DNA from: Epithemia pelagica
Taxonomy: Eukaryota; Protista; Bacillariophyta
Direction: 5' to 3'
NCBI GenBank assembly: GCA_946965045.2
Contig: OX337241.1
Span: 2,542,001 to 2,606,000, forward strand
DNA: 64,000 nt
Shown here: positions 1 to 10,586 of the stretch, in pieces
Layout of the letters: each line of letters starts with the position of its first letter
Position numbering within the stretch: the stretch's first letter is position 1
Program-made: the position numbers and the translations under genes
Notes under the pieces: generated by a model
Told to the model about the DNA's origin: nothing
What the model saw: only the letters and a program-made list of their open reading frames with translations
Databases searched by the model: none

Positions 1-58
1 CATCCGTTCTGGATAAAGAAAGAAAGGAACGAGGTGACAACACAAAACGATGAGGGGA

Positions 59-2473
59 CTACATTCCTGATCGGAGTCTCCTTCGAGTTGCGGACGAACA
101 ATACGTACCAAAATCGTGCAGTGCTCCCGATTCTTCTTGTTCCTGTCGAAAGATATCCATATATTCTTCCAAATCGACACCCATTTCAATGCCCAACCAT
201 CCCAACATGGTTTCCGTTAGCCCTCCCATAATGACAATGGTAAAGAGTACGATAAACATGGTGGCAGCGGTAAATTCATCGGCATTTCCGTTGACATTGG
301 GAAATTCACGGACACAAGCATAGGCCACAGCACCACGTAACCCGGCAAACCACAAAATATGCATCATTTCCCACGAGATTCGTTCCTTCTTGACATTGTT
401 CATCATACGACCTCTTCGTTCTCGACGTTTGCGCGATTGATGAGTCGTCACCGTTGTGACCGATCCCCGAGTATCTTCGGTATCAAACGAGTTGTTTCGA
501 GCATTCCGATGATGAGCTTGCATGGCCTGGTTGGAATGGTGATGATGGTGGTGGTGGTGGTGATGCACCATTCCTCCTGGTGGTGGAAAGGGTTGTTGTT
601 GTACCACCATTCCCAAGGGTCCTCCTCCTTGATGGGAGGACGACGACATGTTGTGTGCATGCGGTGTGGGTTGATTACTCATACTCATGACATTGGTGGA
701 CACTGTCGATGGTACGGTGGGAACCGCGGCGGGACTCGTCAATGGTTGTTGCGGTTGTTGTTCCAGTGCTGTAGTGGCTGCTCCTGCTGCTGCAGTAGTA
801 GCAGTGGGAGGATTGGTGGTGTGAGCGACAGTGGAAGTGGCGCCACTGCCACTACCACCGCTGCTTTCGGCACCTTCTTCTTCCCAAACGGCATCCAATA
901 CGGGTGGTTGCAAGCGATTGGTGGTAGTAGCGGGAGACGGATTGGTGGTGGGAGTCGTCGAATCCGTGTTAATGCTGGAATCCAACGACACATTGTTGTT
1001 ATTGTCGTTACTACTGGGTTGTCCAAAGGTGGTGGGTTCGATTTGGGTGGGTGGTACATAGGAATAATTTTGCAAGGCCGCTGCGGCAAAATCGGCCGAA
1101 TGCTGCGAGGTTGGCGAAGTCGCTTCCAACGAGGACGGTGACAAGGCCATGGGAGTAGTGTGATTGGATCGACGACCTTGTTGTTGCTGCTGCTGCTGTT
1201 GTTGTTGAAATTGTTGTTGCTGCTGTTCTTCATTCGACACGGCATAATTGTGCAAGAGCGCCAGGGGATAAATGGCGGCCCCACGGGCAATCAAACAACA
1301 AATCAAGGAATAGATGATAAAATCCCAATTGAAACTTCCCGAAAAGCCAAAGATGGACAATCCCAATTCCAAAAAGATGCAAGTCTCGGACAAAAAGGCC
1401 ACGAGTTGAAAAATGGTGGCACCCGCCTTTTCCGTGACGCGACTCACATTGGGTGCCACATAGCGACGGACCGACAAACCGGCAAAGAAAATGGTCACAA
1501 TGCCACTCAAGTGCATTGATTCGGCAATCATAAAGGGCACATACATGAGCATGAGGTACAAGGACAGTTCGAGCATGCGATACTTTTTGCGTCGCAAATC
1601 GACCGCCTTGAACAAGAGGGCAAATCCAAATCCAAAGGCCATTCCCAGCAACGGCGATCCCACGGCATCGACCAGAAATTCGGGAAAGAATGCCACAAAG
1701 GCTTCGTAACTGTAGTCCTTATCGGCTCGTAACAAATCCGCAAAGGAATTGTACAAAACCAAGGCGACGGCATCGTTCAAGGCCGATTCTCCAAAGACAA
1801 CATAGAACAAGTGCGGATCGACTCGTTTGGCTTGCAAGACCGCAATCACCGACACGGTATCGGTTGCCGCAATCAGACTGCCAAAGGCAAAGAGTTCGAG
1901 CAAGGTTGGATCAAAGGTGGAAAACAAGTGCCATTGTTGCAAGGCCCACAACATCATGGCACAAACAATCGAGGAGGTAATGGTCCCCATGACGGCAAAC
2001 ATGACAATGGGATAAATGTGTCGCAAAAACAATTCGCGACGCAATTGATACCCGGAATTGAACAAAATGGGAGGAAGGAGTGCCATGAAGAAAATATTGG
2101 GTGAAAAACTCAGCAGTCGTTTAAAGGCAAGGTCTTCGTCCGATTCATCGTCATCTTTGTTTTGTTGCGAGTAACTAAAATAGTCGTCATCGTCTTCCAC
2201 TCGCATCAAGGCTTGCGCGGCATCGTATTGCAAAAAGGTTTCCGTCAAAAAGCTGACAATCAAGCCCACCATGAGAATTAAGGAGGCTTCACTCAAGTAC
2301 TTGTTGAGACGAGGTGCTTCGTGCAAATACTTGGACATGACCAAGACGGCAAACAATAAGGTAGCAAACAAGATGAAATACAAGGAACTGGATTCCTTGC
2401 TTTCCGAGGAATGTGCATTTTCCGATGCGGCCGCATCATCGTGTTTGGTAGCATCGTCCGTCTCATACGACAT
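59..2473 (-). CDS. Na+/H+ exchanger (CPA1/NHE-NHX family); 3' end probably spliced and running off the window
   Basis: Motifs FSPNIFFMALLPPILFNSGY, FGSLIAATDTVSV, VFGESALNDAV, GLRGAVAYA and many TM helices. GT donor (G|GTACGT) at 108 after ...ALHDFG suggests the ORF tail 59-108 is intron. Confidence 0.93.
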   Translation of the reverse strand: MSYETDDATKHDDAAASENAHSSESKESSSLYFILFATLLFAVLVMSKYLHEAPRLNKYLSEASLILMVGLIVSFLTETFLQYDAAQALMRVEDDDDYFSYSQQNKDDDESDEDLAFKRLLSFSPNIFFMALLPPILFNSGYQLRRELFLRHIYPIVMFAVMGTITSSIVCAMMLWALQQWHLFSTFDPTLLELFAFGSLIAATDTVSVIAVLQAKRVDPHLFYVVFGESALNDAVALVLYNSFADLLRADKDYSYEAFVAFFPEFLVDAVGSPLLGMAFGFGFALLFKAVDLRRKKYRMLELSLYLMLMYVPFMIAESMHLSGIVTIFFAGLSVRRYVAPNVSRVTEKAGATIFQLVAFLSETCIFLELGLSIFGFSGSFNWDFIIYSLICCLIARGAAIYPLALLHNYAVSNEEQQQQQFQQQQQQQQQQGRRSNHTTPMALSPSSLEATSPTSQHSADFAAAALQNYSYVPPTQIEPTTFGQPSSNDNNNNVSLDSSINTDSTTPTTNPSPATTTNRLQPPVLDAVWEEEGAESSGGSGSGATSTVAHTTNPPTATTAAAGAATTALEQQPQQPLTSPAAVPTVPSTVSTNVMSMSNQPTPHAHNMSSSSHQGGGPLGMVVQQQPFPPPGGMVHHHHHHHHHHSNQAMQAHHRNARNNSFDTEDTRGSVTTVTTHQSRKRRERRGRMMNNVKKERISWEMMHILWFAGLRGAVAYACVREFPNVNGNADEFTAATMFIVLFTIVIMGGLTETMLGWLGIEMGVDLEEYMDIFRQEQEESGALHDFGTYCSSATRRRLRSGM

Positions 2474-4072
2474 AATTATAAGAAGGAAGATTCACAATGG
2501 AAACCAGAAAGAGAAGGGAACGCGCCAGTTGGTACTGTACTTGTTCTCGTTGTTGCTACCTTGAAAGTTTGGCAGAGTACCTCGAAATGAGAGAGCTTCT
2601 CTCCAGCAAGCAAGCCTGTTTTCTCCAACTATAAAGCGATCGAAACTAGGTTTATGGAACGAGACTGCGTTCCAAAGTGCTGGGGTGGATACAACAGTAA
2701 TTCGTGGAACGAATCGTTCCGAAACAAACAACCGGTAGAGTGGATTGGAGGACCCAAAAGTCTGTTTGTTTTCAGGGCTGTGTCTTGTTTCCGGTATTGG
2801 CTCTCCGACTTGACAAACCAAGGTGAGTCACACACGAAATCTCTTCAAAACACAGGAAGCGTCTCTTATTGTGGTGCGTTCCAGAAACAACGCGCAGCAC
2901 AGCTACAGCCAAGATCGAGAATGACAATGTATGCAACAAACAACCAAAGAGAGAGAAAGCGAGAGCGCAATAAAGAAAAGAACGATGACACGGCAGCTTT
3001 GGCGTCGTCCATGGAGAGAGACGGTGCGCACTACGACAATATTTTTTGGTTTTTGTTTCTTCCCGTGCTCGACCGTGGCACGCCGGAGTCACAACGATCA
3101 GTCGCCCGTCGGTTTTTGGCATAAGTACAATGGCAACGGATCAAAGGATCGATCCGTTGGTTGGCTGGCGTGCAGCGGCATACCCAAAGGATGATCCAAC
3201 GGATCGTTCGCATTGGCCTCCCGGTACTGGATTTGTTTATGGGGCGTCGCCTTAACTGCTATAGTAGTATACACGTGCTGTCCATTGTAACTAATGAACT
3301 CGGAAGCATGAAATGAGTTGCCTTTCGTGATTGGCTATAGAGGCTATTGTAAAACGTCTGTTCCGAATCCAACGGTCCCATGTCGCATCTACGAATGAAA
3401 CTGGAATACTTAGAGAGTGGCACGTGGTCACGGTCCGTTCCGAACTCCGATTCCAAAAATCCCCAAAAATCCAGAGTCCAGAGCGACGAAAAAGGCCAAC
3501 CACCATCCAGCATGGCCATCCACCGAGGCCATGCACACAAACAGAGGAGGACCACGGACCATTGCAATCGTTGCACAAAGCCACATGGCACAAGGTTCCA
3601 TTTTCCGCCCTGTCCAATTATTCGAAAAGACTTTCCGAGGGAATTGTGAGAGAACCACTAAAGAATCAAAAGTTCTCACAGACTATGGTTATTTCTTATT
3701 TGTACGGTGATTCACGGAACGCAAGTCCGGATACAGCACAAGAGTCTGGTCTTTTTCTGCTAGAGCCGTGTCTAGGTAGGATCGTATTTCTCGTCGATCG
3801 TTTCGTCGCGATGGATCGAAGGAACCAGTGTCATGGGTGTGTCCTTCCAACGAGGACGACGCCTCAAAACGGACTCCATTCCGCTCTACCCATAGAATAT
3901 CTAGGAGTAAGGTCCGAAAGGAAGAAGAACATGTACTCCTAGGTTGGAAACATCCACATGGCCGCCCTGAATGAGTCGACAGTGGATGATGATTAATGAT
4001 CGACTGCATAGCAGGCCATATCCATGCATGACATTGATTATATAGCCAAGTTCCCCTACCAAAGAGTAACCT

Positions 4073-4145
4073 GGCCCTATAGTGTAGGTGGTTATCACTC
4101 AGGGTTCTGATTCCTGCAACCTGGGTTCGAATCCCAGTAGGGCCT
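4073..4145 (+). tRNA. tRNA-Gln (anticodon CTG)
   Basis: Cloverleaf: acceptor GGCCCTA/TAGGGCC, anticodon stem CAGGG/TCCTG with loop TTCTGAT (CTG at 4107-4109), T arm CTGGG-TTCGAAT-CCCAG. TTTT follows a few bases downstream. Confidence 0.95.
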
Positions 4146-4899
4146 CTTGAGGTTTTACCTTTTCCTGACTCCGGACAGACGCACGCACTACGAATTGCTC
4201 CCACCATGGTGCAAAGTGGAAACGAGCGTCACCACCACCGCCATGGAGCATGTTTCTTGCTTTTGTGGCAAGAAATCAAGGAGACCACTGTACAGTCTCT
4301 GTCATGGCGGTGCGGCGGATTCGAGACTCTCTAGTGTAATGACGAGAAGGGGAAACGAGTCAACTTATATTCTACGAGGGAAACACCATAGATCGACCCA
4401 AATCGTAGACTGAGGAAAATGAGGATGATACTGGTATGGTTGCTTCACGTTCGTACTGTTGACTGTGGAGTGATTCGGGTCGTGTGTTTGGGGGATGGTG
4501 TGGAAGAAGAGAGAGCTCTCTGAAACATGTCTTGTCTTGGACACACCCAACACACAGAAAACCGGTCCTTCTTCCGGAACCATCCCTCTTTTTTCCAAGA
4601 AGGAGCGTGACGTGACGGTCTGTCACAAGAGAGCAAGAAGGGGAAGCTGAAAGTCTTGTTGTGTGTGGGGAGAAAAGAACGACGTAATACGAACCAAAGG
4701 AAAGCTCGATTTGTTGGAAGCACGCACCTCCGTTAGTTGTGTGGAGGCGAGAGATGTGTTTCTCGGCTCTAGTACGGTTGGAGAACGGTTTGTGGTGGTT
4801 TGGGTGATTCGGAGGTGCGAATGAATGAGAAAAAGGGAGCAAACTCAAGACAAACAAACCAAAAAACTCGATACACCAGAGCAAGGGCCAGTGCTGTGT

Positions 4900-4902
<3 letters not shown>

Positions 4903-4931
<29 letters not shown>
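4903..4931. repeat. (GA)n microsatellite upstream of the 1219-aa gene
   Basis: About 14 GA units read directly. Confidence 0.9.
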
Positions 4932-4991
4932 CAATCAATCAGTCTCCACTGCTGGAAAGAAGCACAGTCTCTGCTTATCATCATCATCATC

Positions 4992-5702
4992 ATGTCATGC
5001 ATTATGCGGCAAAGGATCCTGCTGGCATTTTTCCTCCTCACAACCATCCCATCATGGACTCCTGGTACAACAAGCATTGCTTCCGTACTGGCAGAATCAT
5101 TCCATGACCAACAACCAGACATGGACGAATCGTCCTGGTTGACCTTTGCCTTTTTGGAAGACTCCTGTCATCGGTTCAATCACCACCAAGACGACGAGAA
5201 TGACGACCCTGTCACCTTTTCCAGCCAACCAACGGCAACGGCGTGGACGACCACAGGTACTACCACCAACCATTCGACAAACACGTCATCAGCATCTTCT
5301 TCCCCACTGGTTTGTTTGCCTTCCATGGGCATTCAAACGACAACCAATATCGATAACAACGATACTCAAGCTGCTGGTTTGGTCTCGGTTTCCACATTTG
5401 AGGAATTGTGGCCGCATCACCGACAACAGAGAAGTGCCGGCCTTGTAGTGGCCTTGTGGATTCAACCACCACCCATTCCAAAGGAGGACAACGACAAGGC
5501 ACCACAATCCCTCTTGGCCCTGAAACGACCTCAAACCGAATCGTCCTCATCCTTGGGATTGACACCCTGTGATGTCAATCAGGTGGATTTGCAACTGATT
5601 CACCATTACGACCAAAATCAATGGGTCTTGGATGTATGGTTTCGAACGTCCGAAACAGTCTTTGCGGCCTGCCATCGATTGCGCCTCACGTCCACAAGCG
5701 CC

Positions 5703-5737
<35 letters not shown>

Positions 5738-8651
5738 GATGCAACATGTGGCCCTATCCTTGGTCAATGGCTTGCAACAAGTGTATTGGAATGGACAATT
5801 GCAGCAAGAATCGTACGAACCCTTTGACAATGCTCTGTCGCATTGGCATGCCGCAAGTCGACTGTCCTTGCTGGGCGTTCCGAAATCAAACAACGACAAC
5901 AATGACGACGATAATGACGCGTCCTCTGTTGCACCCTGGAAGGGTACCTTGTATCAACTCGACCTGACCTCGGGAGAAGCGTCGGTGTCGGACTTGTTTT
6001 ATCAGGGGTTGGTCCCTGCTCCTCCCCTCGTGCACAACAGTTCTGTGACGATCAATGAAGATGCCGAACCAGTGGCCGAATCGCATCCACCGGAATGGTA
6101 TAGCAGTGCCACCAATAATATTCTTGCTGGGATGGATATGGACACGATCCCTGTCCTGGAGTTGCCGATCGAATTGGTCCAATCCCAAGCCTGGTCCGTC
6201 ATCCGGATGGAGGAAGAGTCACCACACGAAACAACACAAGAACACCAGACCCTACCACCCAATCCCCAGGACACGGTTCATCGATACATTACTCGACTGC
6301 CCCAAGTTGGTAACTTGTATCGACTACGTTCCGGAGGAGGCGAACCACTACTCCTCGAACCAACCAATGACGACAACGGCGACGACATCAATGACACGGA
6401 CGAACTCTTGTGGGAAATTCCCTCACAAGACAAGCTTGTCTATCTCCCTCCTCCTAATGCACATTCGCCCATTACGCATTCGCATCTGCTGTCTTCGTCT
6501 TCTTTGGCAGAATTCCAAAATGACACCCAGCAATGGCTGTTGCCCCTCGTCACAGTGGAGTATTGTGCCTCTTTGCACCCCTTGTGGCATGCACAAGAAT
6601 GTGCCAATCGTCGTGCCACACTCTCCATTATTGTTCGACCCGTCAATGATCCACCCATTCCCAACTTTGTTGTCTTGAATGAGGAAGAGGAGGATTCCTC
6701 GGCGGCGGCAACCGCCGTGGTGGTCTACGAAGGTGTTCCAACGCACAATCCCCACCAACGACGACGACGGAATCAACGACATGCCAAAATTCTCTTGACG
6801 GGGTCCGATGTCGATGAAGGAGATGCGATTCGACGTGTCCAAATTACAGTGCCACCCGAACATGGAGAACTGGTTTTATCGGTGAGTACCTTTCGACGCG
6901 ACGGACTCGTGGATGGCACACTCTTGTCGGAGTTGGAGGATTGGCGGATCCGGGGTCGAGATCCAGTCTACGTCCGCTATCGATATACGGGCGGCGTCGT
7001 ACTACGACAGACACATTCGGATCAATTTTCCTTTCGCGTGGCCGACAAGGCGGGACGCTGGTCGGTGGAGAAAACGGTTCCCATTGAAATTCGCTCGGCC
7101 TTGCAGGTCCATGATGGTAATCACACTGTCGTCATTGATACCGCAGCGTCCTCTCCTTCTTCTTCCAAGGATTCAGTTCCACCGAAAGAACTGGTTCTGA
7201 CGCTCAACGATGATTCGGGGTACAATCGGAGTTTGGGTCTCTTTGTGGAACCACCCGATCAAGGAGGCGTGTTGGTCGATCCACAAACGGGCCAACCAAT
7301 CTCGAACGGTGGGACCACGGTGCTGGTCAAATCGGAAACTGATGGTACCACACGATACGTCCAAATTGCCTTGGAACCATCCCCAACCTTGTGTACTAAT
7401 GCCAATCAACAAGACCATGTCATTCGGTTCCGTACCAAAGCGGTTGCGAGAGATGCTACCACGGGAGCCATTCAAAGTGTTTCGAACCGTGTGGTGCAAC
7501 ACGTCCACGTGCATTGCTTACCCGCACCCCTCCAATGGCGCTTGGATTCGTCATTATTGACGGACGAGGCAACTACCACATCACCACCAAGACAGTTGTT
7601 TCGTGTCCAGCAATCCAACGCGCTTATTTCCTCGCTCGATCCCTGCAGTGGAGGTCGCTTTTTCAACCGTACCACCACACGACAACGAGAAGAGTCATCT
7701 TCTGCATGGGCATTATCATCTCTGTGGCAGCAACGAGCCGTGGCGTGCCAGAATCGAGCCATCCTTTTCCAAGGCTTGACGGTCCACAGTGATACACCCC
7801 TGTCGTGGAGAGATTCGGATGAGGAGGTGATACTTGAAGTATCTACGGGGCACGGCTACGTAACTTGGAATGCCGAGGCATGGCATTGGACACGGCCCCT
7901 GTGGCGGGGAGGTCGACGCATCGAAGTATCGGGTCGCATGCAAGTGGCCGTGGCACCGCAACACGTAGACGCTGTCCTGGCCTTTTTGCATTATAGCAGT
8001 CCGACTGTGGGTCCGGATATCCTGGAATTGGCCTTGTTTCAAGGCAATTGCTCCCTCGTTCTGCAACAGCAGCAGGACAACAACGGTGACAACCATACTA
8101 CCTCGTCGGATCCTGCTGTTCCGTCGTCCATGACTTCCAATGATGCTTCCGACTGTCACGTGGCACGACTTGACATTCCCATTGTGGTGGGGGCCCCACA
8201 ATCTCACCACCACGTTACCATTGTGTGGGATGACAATCACCATGGCGATACTAATTCTCTGGGAGAATGGACGGTAGGAGTTCCGTGGCATGTTTTGCTC
8301 TGCATGGTGGGATATCCCTTGATCTATATCGTATGGGTCACGGTCGAAGCATGGCTGTGTCGCTCGTCTGCCAACCACCCAGAACCGGAGGAGGACAATA
8401 ACGGCGACGACGGAGATGACGAAGATGATTCCGGTACTGTGTGGATTCAATACGAAACCCAAGAGGGAGACTATTTTTATTATCAACACACCCGGACGGG
8501 TCAAGTGACGTGGATGGCACCGATTGACTCCACCGTCATTCCCTGGAATCAAGCCGAGGGTGTGGAGCTTTATCCGGGCCACCACAACGACACGGAACAA
8601 ACCAAAGACATGGTGGAAGACGACGACAAAGAAAATGAGGATCTTGCGTAG
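4992..8651 (+). CDS. Type I membrane protein: signal peptide, LamG/ConA-like domain, bacterial Ig/cadherin-like (Big_9-type) repeats, TM helix, cytoplasmic WW domain
   Basis: Signal MRQRILLAFFLL (alternative ATG 5004). LamG-like MQHVALSLVNGLQQVYWNGQ...WKGTLYQL. Ig-like VTINED, IIVRPVNDPP, LTGSDVDEGD, DQFSFRVAD. TM WHVLLCMVGYPLIYIVWV. WW domain VWIQYETQEGDYFYYQHTRTGQVTWMAP. Confidence 0.8.
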
Positions 8652-9029
8652 GACGGACCACCAGCAGTACCATAGGGAATGAAACATATTTATGTAGAGA
8701 GAGAGAGAGAGAGGAGTATTTTGAACATAGCGAATCCTATCATAATTTTACTGAATATTCGACGAAGTGTATTGGATACAGTGTGCACATCTGTTTGTTG
8801 AATGACAACAAACAGACGTGAGGAGGAGAGACTCTTTCTCCTTTCTTTTGTTTCATTATTCCATGCGTGTTTTTTTCTTCCAGCGTTGTTGTGGTTGTGA
8901 AAAGTCCCCTTTCGCTCAACACGCGCTAATGCACGTCTTTTTACTAAACTGTGGTTTGTTTCTTTTGTCTTTTTTGTTTCATTTGTTGGTTTGTGGTTGT
9001 TGTTGGTTTTGCTGCCCATGTATATGGTT

Positions 9030-9813
9030 TCACGAGGATCGTGTATCGACATAAAAATCTTCGTACAGGCCCGTGGGTTCTTCGTCCATCACCTCCAAGA
9101 CGGTTGTCACCTGGGACAAGCCCACCTTGCCCCGACGACACCATCGAACAAAGCCATCGACGAGTTTGCGTTTGCCTTCGACATAGATTTCCGCTTGACG
9201 ACTGGCATCGTCCGGTGCCGACATGGTTCCCACCAATCGACGAAAGCGACCGGCCTATATAGATAAAGATAGAACGAGAGATCGAGAGAGGCAACAACCA
9301 AAACGAGTGAACCGGAAGGTGTGGAAATAATTTGGTGGCAACACAAATCAACCACACACACACAAGAGACAAAGAATAGTATTGCGGTTTCAGTAGAGAA
9401 AACCAAAGAGACAAGCACCGTTGCAACCATTTCCATGGTTACACACCAAACACAAGACAAAGCAAACCGAGGCACAACAAAAATATATTGAGTGTCTTTT
9501 TCTCGCTTTCTTTCTCTTGTGTACGTTGTTCCATCACGGGGACAACACCACCTACCTCATTCAAGACACAGGATCGATAATAGCCCCCTTGTACATCACC
9601 TTCCACGACAATGCGTCGGGCAATCAATTCGTCTTCATCTTCTTCTTCTTTGGCGGACAATGCCAATCGCGTCGTGGTGGGAGCGTGTGGTCTCACCACA
9701 GCCGAGGAGAGCGTCCTTGTCGTCGTCATCGTGGAGGACAAGGAAAGAGTCCAACCCTGGACACCATTATACAGGCACTGAACCACGAGGAAAAGGAAAA
9801 CGACCAACCACAT
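9030..9813 (-). CDS. Acylphosphatase-like protein with predicted bipartite plastid presequence; join(9813..9556,9254..9030), 160 aa
   Basis: GTAGGT donor at 9555 and TATAG acceptor at 9255 give an in-frame splice: RIVVEGDVQGGYYRSCVLNE|AGRFRRLVGTM...FVRWCRRG...EDFYV, which aligns with AcyP (VQGVGFR...W..G...F). Signal peptide ends VQG-WTL, then an S/T-rich transit region. Confidence 0.8.
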
Positions 9814-10586
9814 GGATTGGATGGAATGTGGTTGGGATCGTAATACCAGCAACGACATGATGATGACGATGATGATGATGGTGGTATCTCCAAGTTTGTT
9901 TGTTTCTTGGTAGTTGCTCTTGTGGTTCCTAAGGCGGGGAATTGCCGTTCTCTCTTGAGCGTAATCACCGTGATGACAATCGACACGGCTCGGTGTGTCG
10001 GAAGTCGGAAGATCGCGTCGCAACAGAGGAGAGAGTTTGGCACTTGGCACCCCCTTTCCTTTTGGGGGTTTCACGTTGAAGGTTGGAGAGGGGTGGACTT
10101 CCACGTGTCCTTGTCCCCGACCCGTTACTCCCTATCACTAATGGTAGGATTACAGTCAGTGAACCTTCACATAACCATATATCTGGATTTCGCGCTCAAG
10201 AGTACACGCCGGCGCGCAAGCTCGCAGCGCGTCGCGAATCGCGTGACCTCTCCCTCCTGGAACGCAACGAATGACCATGACACACATGAAATGCGCGCAA
10301 GGTATTATCGGAGGGAATGCAAGATCCACACTCACGGTGAACCACGTTGTGCTATGGTTTGGATCAGCAGCGTGGGAGTCCAGTCCTGTCAGCGTGGTGT
10401 CTCCGTATATAGTCCGTAGGAGTAGGTGTCGGCGTGGTGTCTCCATGGCGGAGTCACCACAGCACGTTGCCGTCTCAGGGTCCAAAGGAAGAAAACGTGA
10501 TAAATCACTTGTTGCTATTACCTCGATTGGGTAACGTTGTTCCTTTAGTGGCAAAACCTCGTGGTTCGCACCCTGCTGCTGCAGCC

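Noticed and set aside
2474-4990. Short ORFs between the NHE gene and the 1219-aa gene
   Set aside because: No motifs or convincing splice structure; treated as intergenic apart from the tRNA.
7716-8687. Antisense ORFs over real genes (also 14438-15721, 359-1141, 17226-18167)
   Set aside because: Shadow frames of well-supported CDSs.
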